DNA from: Octopus sinensis
Lineage: Eukaryota
Assembly (NCBI RefSeq): GCF_006345805.1
Contig: NC_043001.1
Coordinates: forward strand, 114,514,001-114,578,000
Direction: 5' to 3'
DNA: 64,000 bases
Below are positions 11,688 to 24,357 of the stretch, piece by piece. Numbering within the stretch: the first letter of the stretch is position 1; each line of letters starts with the position of its first letter. A program made the position numbers and the translations under genes. The notes beneath the pieces are model-generated. The model was not told the origin of the DNA and ran no database searches. It saw only the letters and a program-made list of their open reading frames with translations.

Positions 11688-12227
11688 CATTCAGTAGTTT
11701 TATTTTTATAGCGTGCTTTCACTTCACTACCGAGCGCAGCTCTGTGTGCCTTGGGTATGTGCTGTGATTTGTTGTGGTGCTCTGATGGTTATTGTATGGA
11801 AAGTGTTCTGCGTAGGATGTGTGCAGTGTCTAGTAGTGCAATTTTCTGTATGTTATATGTGTTTGTAAGTCCTGGTGTTTTTGTTATGTATTTGTCTGAA
11901 TATTTTTTATCATGCCTAATGCACCTACTACGATAGGAATTGTTTCTGTTTTCAGATTCCACATTCTAGTTACCTCTATTTCCAGGTCTTTGTATTTTGA
12001 GAGTTTCTCCATTTCTTTTAGAGACACGTTGTCATCTGCCGGTATTGATACATCATTAGAAAGCATTTTTTTCTTCATGATCTCTGACAACTATATCTGG
12101 TCTGTTGGCCTTAATTCTCTATCTCTGTGTATCGGCATATCCCAGAGTATGGTTGCTTTCTCGTTTTCTGTGACCTTTTCTGGTGTGTGCCTATACCATC
12201 TTTTTTCTGTTGTTATTCCATAATGTT
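11688..12227 (-). mobile_element. 3' end of an R4/Dong-clade (RLE) non-LTR element, copy 1
   Basis: ILWDMPIHTDREIKANRPDIVVRD, DVSIPADDNVSLKEMEKLSKYKDLEIEVTRMWNLKTETIPIVVGALG (PD-(D/E)xK endonuclease). AATAAA and (AAT)n tail. Confidence 0.85.
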
Positions 12228-12252
12228 ATTCCATAATGTTATTCCATTATTA

Positions 12253-12296
<44 letters not shown>

Positions 12297-12315
12297 TATT
12301 ATTATTATTATTATA

Positions 12316-12895
12316 TCAGTAGTTTTATTTTTATAGCGTGCTTTCACTTCACTACCGAGCGCAGCTCTGTGTGCCTTGGGTATGTGCTGTGATTGGTTGT
12401 GATGCTCTGATGGTTATTGTATGGAAAGTGTTCTGCGTAGGATGTGTGCAGTGCCTAGTAGTGCAATTTTCTGTATGTTATATGTGTTTGTAAGTCCTGG
12501 TGTTTTTGTTATGTATTTGTCTGAATATTTTTTATCATGCCTAATGCACCTACTATGATAGGAATTGTTTCTGTTTTCAGGTTCCACATCTAGTTACCTC
12601 TATTTCCAGGTCTTTGTATTTTGAGAGTTTCTCCATTTCTTTTAGAGACACGTTGTCATCTGCCGGTATTGATACATCAATTAGAAAGCATTTTTTTCTT
12701 CATGATCTCTGACAACTATATCTGGTCTGTTGGCCTTAATTTCTCTATCTGTGTGTATCGGCATATCCCAGAGTATGGTTGCTTTCTCGTTTTCTGTGAC
12801 CTTTTCTGGTGTGTGCCTATACCATCTTTTTTCTGTTGTTATTCCATAATGTTGGCATAGCTTCCAATGTATGTAGGTTCCAACTCTGTTTGCTA
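12316..12895 (-). mobile_element. 3' end of an R4/Dong-clade (RLE) non-LTR element, copy 2 (longer)
   Basis: Near-identical to copy 1 and extends further 5' to RVGTYIHWKLCQHYGITTEKRWYRHTPEKV. Flanked by (TAA)n on both sides. Confidence 0.85.
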
Positions 12896-12898
12896 TTA

Positions 12899-12975
<77 letters not shown>

Positions 12976-12986
12976 TATTATTATTA

Positions 12987-13063
12987 TTCCGGTCACTGCC
13001 TGGAATAGAACACGGAATCTTGGGGTTAGTAGCCCGTGCTGTTAATCACTACGCCATGTGCCC
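12987..13063 (-). mobile_element. Short tRNA-like SINE (family E) with (AAT)n tail
   Basis: GGGCACATGGCGTAGTGATTAACAGC (A box)...GTGTTCTATTCCAGG (B box)CAGTGACCGGAATAATAAT. Confidence 0.65.
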
Positions 13064-13194
13064 ATCCACCACTCCCATCCAGCATAAGGCAACATTTGTG
13101 GAAGTACTTCTGGGTTATTGCCCTTTCTCAGCACAGGATAGCTGCTTTGGCTACTCGGGCTGCTGAATTCCCTTTCGAAAAGGGACACACAATA

Positions 13195-13345
13195 ACCACA
13201 TTCTTGTATTCCAGTTGATCTGATCAACGGAACAGTTTTCTTGTGAAATTAACATGCAAATCGCCGAGCATTCCACAAACAAGCCCACCGTGAACGTAGT
13301 TCAGCGTGACACAGAGCGTGACAAAGCTGAGATACACGTACCAAT
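13195..13345 (-). mobile_element. Degenerate SINE C 3' fragment
   Basis: CCAGTTGATCTGATCAACGGAACAG...GTGAAATTAACATGCAA matches the C tail. Confidence 0.6.
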
Positions 13346-13364
13346 CATACTTATATTTTCATTT

Positions 13365-13497
13365 TTTTCCAGTAAATGGAGTGTAACAATGTGAAACAAA
13401 GTGTCTTGCCCAAGCACAGAACACCCCGCTGAGTATCGAACTCGCGAACTTACGATCGATAATCGAACACTCCTATCCACTAAGACATGCGCCTTTA
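13365..13497 (-). mobile_element. tRNA-derived CORE-like SINE family D, 5' part
   Basis: Minus strand GGCGCATGTCTTAGTGGATAGG...GAGTTCGATAC...CTTGGGCAAGACACTT. Confidence 0.6.
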
Positions 13498-13978
13498 GCA
13501 AGTCACCCACACACACACACACACATATCAGTATGTATATGTGTATATATATATATATATGTATATATCAATAAACACAAATATAACGTAACAAGCTGTT
13601 ATAAACGTGAATTGAATTCTTTATTGATGTTTGCTTTTTACTTTCGAGTAAACAAACACACACTGACATAGACACACACTGACAGACACACACACGCGCA
13701 CACATAAATAAATGCATGTTCAATGTTTACACATCAGTTTAAATATATATAAACTTCCCTAGTAAAAATATAAACAGAAGCTAAATATATTATATATGCA
13801 AATGTGTATGCGTATATATATATGTATGTGCGCGTTTGTATGTTTATCTGTGTTAATGTAAATTTACAATCATATATATTATATATATATACATATATAC
13901 ACACACATATATATATGTGTGTATAGATTTATATATTATATATATATATATTATATAGATATTATAATTATACACATT

Positions 13979-14011
<33 letters not shown>

Positions 14012-14579
14012 TATATATTATAAATCTATACACACATATATATGTGTGGTGAATGTTATATATATTATATATATATATAGATATAAATATATATGAGTGA
14101 GAGAGAGAGAGATACGTAGATGTATAAGAACGTATATATGTTTAAACATACATGCATACGTATGTGTACTTGCGTAGATGTTCAATCGTACAGACATCAT
14201 GTATGCGATATATTCAATCGATGTTATTGCTTTAGAAATCTGTTGCTTAAACCAACAGCGATGCGTAACTAATTGGTCTGCCGACGACATCAAAGAAACA
14301 TCCAAAGACGAGTTCCGCGGTGAAAGATTCACCAATTATCATCTTCCTCATCCTTTTAAATGTCAGCTGGAAGCGTAGTAGTTAGAGGAGAGAGGACAGA
14401 GAAGATGGGGAAAAGAGTGGACAGGTGGGAAGAGTTCACAAGAACAACAGGGAAGCAACGTCGATGATATCTATAACATTTGTTTTGTATTCGTGGTATT
14501 GTTCTAGTAGTAGTGGTAGTAGTAGTAGTGGTAGTAGTAGTAGTATAGTAGTAGTAGAGTAGTAGTAGTAGTAGTAGTA

Positions 14580-14612
<33 letters not shown>

Positions 14613-15134
14613 CGGGGTGGTGGGGGGGGGGTGGTAGTGGTTGTGATGGTGGTGGTGGTGGCATTTGTTGTAGTGCGAGTGTTAATGGTAGTGCTTGTTA
14701 ATAGCGACGTTGGTGGTTATCGTTGTTGCTCGTAGATGTGGTGGTAGTCTTCAGGTCAGAGGTGTGTGCGTGGTGATGAGGTTTTTACTAATAGTGATGT
14801 TAGTGGTGATGGTACTGATCGTGGTGGTGATGGAGATAGTGATGTTGATGGCGGTGGTGGTGATGGCGGTTCTCGTCGTCGTCGTCGTCGTCGTTGACGT
14901 GGGGCTGGTGATGTTGTTAGTGGTTGTTATAGTCACAGCGGAGTTGCTCCTAACGGTGGTGGTAGGAAAGGTAATTGTATAGTAAGTGTTACTGTATGCC
15001 GTGGTGTAGGTCGTAGTAGTGGTTGTAGTGGTGATGGTGGTGGTGGTGGTTATGGTACTGGTTGTTGTTGCTGTTGTGGTAGTGATGATTCTAGTGGCGG
15101 GAAAGGTTTTAGGTTTTGTAACAGCAACGGTGTG

Positions 15135-15410
15135 GAAGCGCGTGGCTTAGTGGTTAGGGTGTTGCATCAATGATCTCAACGTTATGGTTTCCATTCCTGA
15201 CCGAGTAATGCATTTTTTTCTTGAGTAAAACATATCGATTTCACGATGATCCAGGCAATTCAGGTGGCAACAATGAAAAAAACCCCCAAAATTCACCCTG
15301 CGACGGACTTGCGTCTTATCTAAGTTGAGGTGGCGGGGTGGGTACTTGGGTTTCATGCATACCCCACAGAACCTAGGAAACGGGCCTTATGAGCCTATGC
15401 CAGAGGAAGA
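15135..15410 (+). mobile_element. Degenerate SINE family D
   Basis: GCGCGTGGCTTAGTGGTTAGGGTG head, followed by a diverged body (CCCTGCGACGGACT...GAGCCT). Confidence 0.55.
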
Positions 15411-15489
15411 ATTTTTCAGCCCTTAACTTGTTTTTCTTATTATTTTCTTCAATAGCAATTATGTAGATGATGATACTTATTGCCGGTCA

Positions 15490-15854
15490 ATCTGGTGCCG
15501 GTTTTGGTGGTGGTATTGGTGGTGGTGTTGGTGGTGGTGGTGGTGGTGGTGGTGGTGGTGGTGGTGGTGGTGGTGGAGGAGGAGGTTTTGGTGCTGGTAT
15601 GGTGGTGGTGGTGGTGGTGGTGGTGGTGGTGGTGGTGGTGGTGGTGGAGGAGGAGGTTTTGGTGCTGGTATTGGTGGTGGTGTTGGTGGTGGTGGTGGTG
15701 GTGGTGGTGGTGGTGGTGGTGGAGGAGGAGGTTTTGGTGCTGGTATTGGTGTGTGGTGGTGGTGGTGGTTGGGGTGGTGGTGGTGGTGGTGGTGGTGGAG
15801 GAGGAGGTTTTGGTGCGGTATTTGGTGGTGGTGTTGGTGGTGGTGGTGGTGTTG

Positions 15855-15886
<32 letters not shown>

Positions 15887-15900
15887 GGTGGTGGTGGTGT
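15490..15900 (+). repeat. Higher-order GGT minisatellite punctuated by GGAGGAGGAGGTTTTGGTGC (4 copies)
   Basis: Motif at about 15575, 15646, 15721 and 15797, with 70-76-nt spacing. Confidence 0.8.
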
Positions 15901-18428
15901 TGGTGGTGGTAGTGGTGGAGGAGGTTGTGGTGGTGGTAGTAGTGGTGGTCGTGGTCGTCGTGGTCGTGGTCGTTGTCGTCGTCGATGGTAGACCTGGTGA
16001 TAGTGTTATTTGTGGTCATGCTGATGGTGGTATTGGTGGTGGTGTTGGTGGTGATGGTAGAGGTGGGCGTCGCCCTCGTCCTCGCCATCGTTTCCATGAC
16101 GACAGTTGCGTTTCTCCTGATGGTATTGTTGGTGATTTGAAGTGGTATGTGAGGTATGCTCAGGTATTTGTGTTGGTGACACTGAGAGTAGTAATGCTTA
16201 TGGCGGTGGCGATGCTGATGCTGTTGACAGTGATGGTGGCGGCAGCGGCAGTGGAGTTGATGTTGGTGGTATTGGTGGTGATGGTGGTGTCGGCGGCGGT
16301 GGCACCGGATGAGGACACACCGGCCGTGGCTGTGATGGTTTTGGTGGCGGTTTTGGTGGTGGTGGTTGTGGTACTACAGGTGCTGCTATTTATGGTAGTG
16401 ATGGCGATTTTGAAGGAGGCACTTTGTTTCGGAGTAGTGCAGGTGATAATTTTGTGGGAGTAATTATTGGTGGCGTTAGAGCTGGTAGCGGAAGTAGCAG
16501 TAGCAGAAGTTGTACTGCAGATAGTAGTGATGATGGTGTGGTGGTGGTGGTGGTGTTTGTACATAGTAGTTGTAGTACTTGTGGTTGTGGGTGATAGATG
16601 TATTGCCCTAATGATACAACTATTTGTAATAATGGTATTCTCACTGTTGTGTTCTTGCTTTTGATGTTTAGCCCCGAGTCAGTCACGAACGAGAAGACCT
16701 ATGATTAAAGCCAACAGTCCTTAATCATCCTATCTTATTTTAAGACACTGCGTATCTCGCACAACGGCATCCAATGCGTCGTCCTGGCATGAGGTACATA
16801 TAACTACTATTTCTAGTATGCGTTGCCACTATAAAAGATGCCACTAAGAATACCGCTTTAGTTCTTCTTCTTCTTCTTTTTCTTCTTCTTTTTCTTCTTC
16901 TGCTTCTTCTTCTTCCTCTTCTTCTTCTCCTCCTTCTTCCTCCTCCTCCTCCTCCTCTTCCTTCTTGTGCTTTATCTCAAGGTCACTTGTGGCTGAGAAG
17001 ACCTGACAACAAATATATTCCATCGGTGCCTCCCCCCCTCCATTTACTATAAACCATAATGCTGATGATGGTAACTCTGGGGAATGTCATGATGGTGGTG
17101 GTGGTGGTGGTGCTGCTGTTGGTCGTTTTGGGATTTAAATCGTGCAATTGTCCTTAGCTGTGTGAAGAGAAAACAAATGGAAAGGTAAATATGATTATCT
17201 TCTGTGTAATACCTGTCCGCCAGGGGACAACACCTGTTTGAAAATAGATTGAAGGAGCAGAGAATGCGGGTAGCTGCAGTGAGATTTGTTGATAGAAGAG
17301 GTAAGGAGTTGAATGTGCTGGAATGGGAAGGAGAAGGGAGATAAGACCTTGCGAAAGAAATTGTGGTGGCAGTAGCGGCGGTGGTGGTTGTGGCGGCGGC
17401 GGTGTTGGTGGTGGTGGTGGTGGTCGTCGTGGTGGTCGTGGTGGTCGTGGTGGTGGTGGTCGTGGTGGTGGTGGTCGTGGTGGTGGTGGTGGTAATGGTG
17501 GTGCTGGTGGAAAAGTAAGACAAAGAGAATTAGAAGAAAAGAAAAATACAGAAGAAAAGGAGGAGGAAGAAGAAGAAGAAGAAGAAGAAGAAGAAGAAGA
17601 AGAAGAAGAACGAGGAGGACGAGGAGGAGAACGAGGTGGAAGAAGAAGAAGTAGAAGAAGAAGAAGAAGAAGAAGAAGAAGAAGAAGAAGAAGAAGAAGA
17701 AGAAGAAGAAGGAGGAGGAGGAGGAGGAGGAAAAGGGGCGAATGGGTAGAGGAGTAGTGGATGCCTACATAAGAGTGGTTGATGTAGGGTGAACTGTTTT
17801 TGATTGGGAGATAGCAAGACCGGAAATAGAAAGTGAATAACAAAATTCACCGAAAGCAAAAATCGAAACAAAAGGAATTAGAAAGAGATAAATGAAAGAA
17901 AATTACATGAAAGACAAAGTTGAGAGAAAATGAAAGATGAAACAATTTTCAGACAATAATCTTGGAGTGTCCTGGGGCAGTGGTGGGGGGCAGGGTTAGA
18001 GAGACAGTGACAGAAAGAGATAATGTCTGTGGACGAAGAGAAAAACAACCTCTTGGAGTAACATGTGGCCATTTGTGCGTATTTACACACAGACCCTTGT
18101 ACGTGCGCATACTTGTACATACATGCAAGTATCTATATATATATAAATTTTGAAACACGCGCACACACAAACACATGTACAAACACACATATATATATAT
18201 ATACACACATAGATATACATGTATATACATAATTCATAAATATATATACATATGTATATACATATATATATGCATTATATATATATTTATATACATATAT
18301 ATTTATATTTATATACATATATATCCATACATAAAGTGACATATATTTTACATCTATATGCACATATGTATATGCATATATGCATATATTTATATATACA
18401 CACGTATACATACATATGTATATATGTA

Positions 18429-18483
<55 letters not shown>

Positions 18484-18679
18484 CTGTATGTGTGAGCGTA
18501 AGCGTGTTTTTGCATGCGCATAGGTGGCTTATGTATGGGGTAGGGTTAATACATACATTTACAAGAGATTTTAAGTCATGTGTATATACGACTGATTACA
18601 CACACATAACAGAAGTAAATAGACACCCTTATAATCATTAACATGTATTTTAATCTGAAATTATACGTTCAAATTACTT

Positions 18680-19500
18680 ACTACTCGTTATAATGCGAAC
18701 ATTCAATATCTAATTGATATGCCCTTTGCATTTTTCAATTTCATGACATTGAACGTATTGTAAGTTCGTATTGTCTTCGGAAAATTTTAGTCCATATTCT
18801 TGAAAGGAAATTTATGAATGAACCAACAAGTAGAAAAATCTAAGGGGAGTTAATTGGTAATCGTTATTGTTCGATTTAAAGTATTGATTTAAATTCCAAA
18901 AGTTTATTCATGGTCTCAGTCCAAAAGATAAAGCATTCATCCAGATATCTTTTCCAGTTCTCTCTTATATAATGGTGAAATGGATATGCATATTTTTGCA
19001 GTGACACTTCATATATGGCGAATTCAAAATGAATGTCCCATTATTACGAAAGAACAGGGGCTGTTATCATTCCCATCGCAATTCTGCACTTTTGACGTTA
19101 GTAGGTTTCATCAAATAGGAAATAATTGTTCTGAAATATAAATTTTAAAGTTTAATTAAAAACCTGGTTTTTGAGTTCAGGAAGTTTTCGGGGTACTTTC
19201 CCAACCAGAATTGTATTGCTTCTGTTCCATACCCATGTGCGATATTGGTGTAAAGATTAATAACATTAAAGGAAACCAATGATGTCTGTTCATCAGTTGT
19301 TTTTGGTACAAGATCGCTTAAATAAAGAAAATTTATTTATCGAAAATCACAGAACATGCTTAAATATGAACGCATAAACAACTTCGGTCTCAGTACATAT
19401 TTTATCAATATATATTTTATCAGTGTACATATTTCATCTTATTTCATTGGTTTTTGAGATTTTGTATATGTATTTGTATTCCCCCACCAAAAAAAGAAAA
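18680..19500 (-). mobile_element. Degenerate Penelope-like element reverse transcriptase
   Basis: LVSFNVINLYTNIAHGYGTEAIQFWL, NNYFLFDETY*RQKCRIAMG..AP and NWKRYLDECFIFWT (PLE W.RY.DD motif), with stops and frameshifts. Confidence 0.85.
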
Positions 19501-19769
19501 TGAGCAATAACCTTCCCTGTCCGGAATAATAACGATCATCAATTACCTCCCATTGAAATTTTTGACTTGTTGATTTATTCACAAACTTCCTTCCAAGGAC
19601 ATGGATTAAAATCTTAAGAAAATACGAAATTACAATATTTTCAATCTCATGATTAGCGAAAGCGAAACCGGTCGACAAACACAATTTTCTTTCACTAATA
19701 AAATATATCAAAAATATATCAATATCATGTAAACTGTGTGCATTTTCCTTCTTTTGTTATATATATAGC

Positions 19770-19985
19770 CTTCAAATGACGCCACTCCACCGGCTAAGCG
19801 AGCAGGCCAACAGAAGAAAGAGTGAGAGAAAGTTGCAGCGAAAGAGTACAGCAGGGATCCCCCCCGTGCCGGAGCATCGTGGAGCTTTAAGTGTTTTCGC
19901 TCAATAAACACTCACAACGCACGGTCTGGGAATCGAAACCGCGATCCTACAACCGCGAGTCCGCTGCCCTAATCACTGGCCTCCA
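19770..19985 (-). mobile_element. SINE family C, alternative-tail variant (C2), partial
   Basis: C head (TTAGGGCAGCGGACTCGCGG...GTTTCGATTCCCAGACC) then GCTCGCTTAGCCGGTGGAGTGGCGTC as in the copy at 46764. Confidence 0.75.
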
Positions 19986-20032
19986 GTTTATTATATATTT
20001 ATATATATTTATATATGTATATAATATATTAT

Positions 20033-20064
<32 letters not shown>

Positions 20065-20230
20065 ATAATATATATAGATATATATATATATATATATATA
20101 CATATATACATATACATATATACATATATACAATACTATACATATATACATATATATATGTATGGATATATATAGTTACATATATACAAAGTAAAGAAAT
20201 ATATATATATATATACATATACATATACAT

Positions 20231-20661
20231 ATACATATAAGAAGGATGAGCTGTAAGTGGACATTCATTATGCTAGAAGAAGATCCGCTGTGGTCTTACC
20301 ACTAAGAAAGGAATGTTCTCAAGAAAATTTAGCAGACACCAGAACGTATGCGAGCAAGACAAATGAAAAAATACAAAAAATAGATTAATCACAAACCAGA
20401 TTTCGTTGTTAATTCTTATATTTGCAAAGACGATCATACTGATGAGTTGCAGATAATTACGTAAATGATTACGCAATCATTAACGACGAAATCTGGTTTG
20501 TGATTAATCTATTTGTTGTATCTTTCCTTTTGTCTTGCTCGCTTACGTTCTGTCGTTTGCTACATTTTCTCGAGAAAATTCCTTTCTTATTGGTAATACC
20601 ATAGCGGATATTCTTCTAGCATAATAGATGTCCACTTACAGGTCATCTCACTTATATGTAT
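20231..20661. mobile_element. Foldback MITE with ~185-bp inverted arms and ~60-nt spacer
   Basis: 20231-~20415 is the reverse complement of ~20479-20661, visibly diverged; sits in (TA)n. Confidence 0.85.
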
Positions 20662-20673
20662 GTAATGTAAGTT

Positions 20674-20724
<51 letters not shown>

Positions 20725-20754
20725 ATATTATATATATATATTTATAAATCAAAT

Positions 20755-21282
20755 ATTCTACTGGATTTTTCAGTTCGTTTAAGAGCCTTCTAGATCTGAT
20801 GTAGTGATTTCCGTTTGCTTTTTCTGGCAAATTGACCTTTTCCCATCATATAAGACTTATATCTGATGTCTTCGAGGACAACATTTTTGAATGTTCCTTA
20901 TGACACATGGAGAACCTTTGCAATTGACTTCATGGACTTTCTGTGATTCTAATCAAGGGTTTGTTGAACTTGCTGGATAAATTCAGGTGTTCTGATGATT
21001 TCAGGGTTTTCAGAATGCTTTTTGTGTTTTGATACTGGTGATCTTCAGTTTCTACGTCCTTACAAACTTTGTAGACGAAAGACCTGGCAACTTTCAAAAA
21101 TCGAGATATTTCTAAATAGCTATGCTCAACCTTTATAACCACAATAACAGCATGCCTCTTCATTTCTTGAGTAAGCTAAGGGCCTAACATAAACATTTTC
21201 TGAAACAAAGATTATACAGAGTTAGCAAAATATACCGCAATGACCCCAAGAAGGTATGTCATCAAATACCTTACACACCCTG
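20755..21282 (-). mobile_element. Tc1/mariner (maT/DD37D-like) element, 5' portion
   Basis: TA|CAGGGTG terminus at 21282. MKRHAVIV...EISRFLKVARSFVYKV and KSMKSIAKVLHVS*...EDIRYKSYMM. Catalytic domain is absent, so the subfamily is inferred. Confidence 0.75.
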
Positions 21283-21319
21283 TATATTTTATACATTATG
21301 TGTGTATACACACACACAT

Positions 21320-21384
<65 letters not shown>

Positions 21385-21859
21385 ATATATATAATATATA
21401 TATAATTGTGTATTTGCGTGTGTGTGGTGTACATCCCAAAACACCGAAGGTGTATAGAGATTTTTAGACTGAAAGACATTACCTGGAATAGCGATGTAAG
21501 TAAGTATGGAAAGTAAGGGATATCACGTGTGTAAAAGTCTACAAGTTTTATCTTCAAAAGACTCACATTAACTCAAAAACTCAACATGATGGAGGAGTGC
21601 ACAGTGCCCAAAATGAGAACCCGAAGCAACTGTCCCGTGGAAAAGATAAGAAAAAGAAGAAAAAAAAGAAAGACAGAAAGAAAGAAAGGAAGGAAGGAAG
21701 AAAGACAGAAAGAAAAAGAGAAAGAAAGAAAGGAAAAAGAAGGAAAGAGAGACAGAAAGAATGAAAGGTGTTGAGTAAATGAATGGAAACTGACGGGAAG
21801 ACAGATGAAAACATGAATGAAGATGACCGTGTATGTAAGTATGTTGTGTATGTATGTAG

Positions 21860-21889
21860 TATATATACATACATCTATACATATATCAA

Positions 21890-21935
<46 letters not shown>

Positions 21936-21994
21936 CATACATATATATATATACAATATATAAATATACATATATACATAGAGCGATATATATT

Positions 21995-22034
<40 letters not shown>

Positions 22035-22159
22035 GTGTGTATGTGCGTGTGTGTGTGTGTTGGTGTATAGTTTGTATATATGTATGTATAGAATATGAAC
22101 GGGAGCGACACACACACACGCAAATACACACATACAGAGAAACACAAAGTCACAGTTGT

Positions 22160-22195
<36 letters not shown>

Positions 22196-22576
22196 GCATA
22201 CGTACGAACATGGCGACAGTATAATGAAATAACCAAAGATCAATAATGTGAAAGGCCGCTGTGCAACCTTTGTTAAAATGCCTCACTGAAGGCCGCATCA
22301 CAATGATGGTTCCCGGTCTTCTTCTGCTACGAAATTGAAATAAAAGAGATTTTTACCTCTGGGGCGGTTACATTCTCCAAAAGAGACTGTTCCACGTCCT
22401 TTCAATTTCTTACCTTGCTTTATTTGTTGGGTTTTTTTTGGGTTTCTTTTACTTTATTTCATTGTACTTGATCACGTTACACATACACACACACATACAT
22501 ATACATATATATATATACGTGTATGCATATATACAGATGTGTATAAATATATATACCTAGTTGCTTTATATATATG

Positions 22577-22615
<39 letters not shown>

Positions 22616-22674
22616 ATACATAGATATAAATATGTCTATATATGTATGAATGCATATACATATGTGTGTATTTA

Positions 22675-22722
<48 letters not shown>

Positions 22723-22845
22723 ATATATATGTGTGTGTGGTGTGTATACATATATTTATATATACATAGATACATACAAACATACATACATACTTACTTA
22801 TATACATACAAACATACATACATACATACATACATACTTACTTAT

Positions 22846-22876
<31 letters not shown>

Positions 22877-22974
22877 CATAGATACATACACACATACATA
22901 CATACTTACTTATATACATACATACATACATGCATACATACATACATACATACATACATACATACATACATACA

Positions 22975-23005
<31 letters not shown>

Positions 23006-23010
23006 GTATA
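21860..23010. repeat. Compound (TA)n/(TG)n/(TACA)n microsatellite block
   Basis: Direct inspection. Confidence 0.9.
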
Positions 23011-24292
23011 TGCAACTTCATTTCTTTCATTACTTATCTATAGATTTGTTTTTATTATTACAGTTCTCTTCTATTTCTGTATATTGTTAACGATTTTTTT
23101 AATGTTTTTATCGTTATTTTTTCATTTTTTATTTTATTATATTCTATTTGTTTATTTATTTTTGCTGTTTCTACCTATTCTTTATTTCCATCCGTTATTC
23201 ATTTCTTTCTTTTCATCCAGAGTTTCTTTTGCAGACATTTTATCTTCATTTTTATTTTTTTTAAATTTTGCTTTTGTTTGTTGTATATTTTACCTTTCAT
23301 CTTTAGTTCGTGGCCCCTGCGATATTTTCTATCTCTTTATCTATATATCTCTCTATCTTTCATCTATATGTGCCTGTGTATCTGTGTTAGTGTATTTGTT
23401 TCCGAGTTTCCCCTCTTTATAAATAATATCATTCCATATTTAAATATTTCTTTAGATCTGATTCCTTCTACGTTTCGATATTTCTATATTCCTAAGTTTT
23501 TAGAAGTCTCAGTTTCTATATTTGATTTTTTCTATCATCTAAATTTGTTTCTTTCAATATTTCTATATATTTATATCTTACGCTGGTTAATTCTCTATGT
23601 ATCCTCATAGTCTATGTCAGCTCTGCTTCTGTATTTCTGTACTTATATTCTCTCTAGAATTATTCATATCATACTATCCCTTTTATTATATCAGGACGTT
23701 TTGTTTACAAGTTTCTTTCGATTTATTTCGTCTCGTGTTGCTTTTGTTTGTTTGTTCTCTTTATTCTGCACCTTTTTGTAGTTCTGTTTCGTTCGTACTT
23801 TTTTTTCTTTTCATAACCCCGAATCAAAATTTTAGCAGACACAAAGTGTGTTCAACGGAATTGGAAAGACAATTCTCTCTTTTGTTCAGTCAATTAGTTG
23901 TGGTCACTTATTGTAGCCCGCTAATTTGCTTCAACAGAAAATGCAACCGAAACACTGTGTTCGAACTCGGTCTGACAATAACCTTCATTCATCCACAAGT
24001 ATTGGCGGGTCTCTGAATGTCTGTGAGTTATTCTATCTCATCGCTCGCTACTCCAGCCAGAAACAATTAATTTTCGCATCTTTCTCCACAAAACACCTCG
24101 CCGCACTTTATACTACATTTCGAAATTCACTATGCATTTTGTATATCAAACTGTAAATATATATATATATATGTTTGTTTGTGTGAGTGTGTGTGTGTGT
24201 TTATATGTACACATATACGCAAGCATATATAAATGCATGCATACATACATAGTTACATACGTACATACATACATAATACATACATACATACA

Positions 24293-24324
<32 letters not shown>

Positions 24325-24357
24325 AACAGACATGCATGTACAAATGGTACCGTATTA

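Larger units (their letters stand above)
14505..17760. repeat. Large low-complexity trinucleotide domain: (GTA)n, (GGT)n, (GAT)n, (CTT)n, (GAA)n
   Basis: Direct inspection. Source of the poly-V/P/H/T/E ORFs in the track. Confidence 0.9.

Noticed and set aside
12987-13063. tRNA gene calls for SINE heads (here and in families A-D)
   Set aside because: A and B boxes are present, but I could not form a full cloverleaf. They are followed by SINE bodies or (AAT)n tails, often with TSDs.
17047-17871. Poly-Pro/Leu/Ser/Glu/Arg ORFs on both strands
   Set aside because: Simple (GGT)/(GAA)/(GGA) tracts that stay open in several frames at once.
20439-20510. CTGATGA...CGAC-GAAA hammerhead-like match
   Set aside because: No helix I partner can form, and the GAAA lies in the arm of a foldback MITE, so it is likely coincidental.
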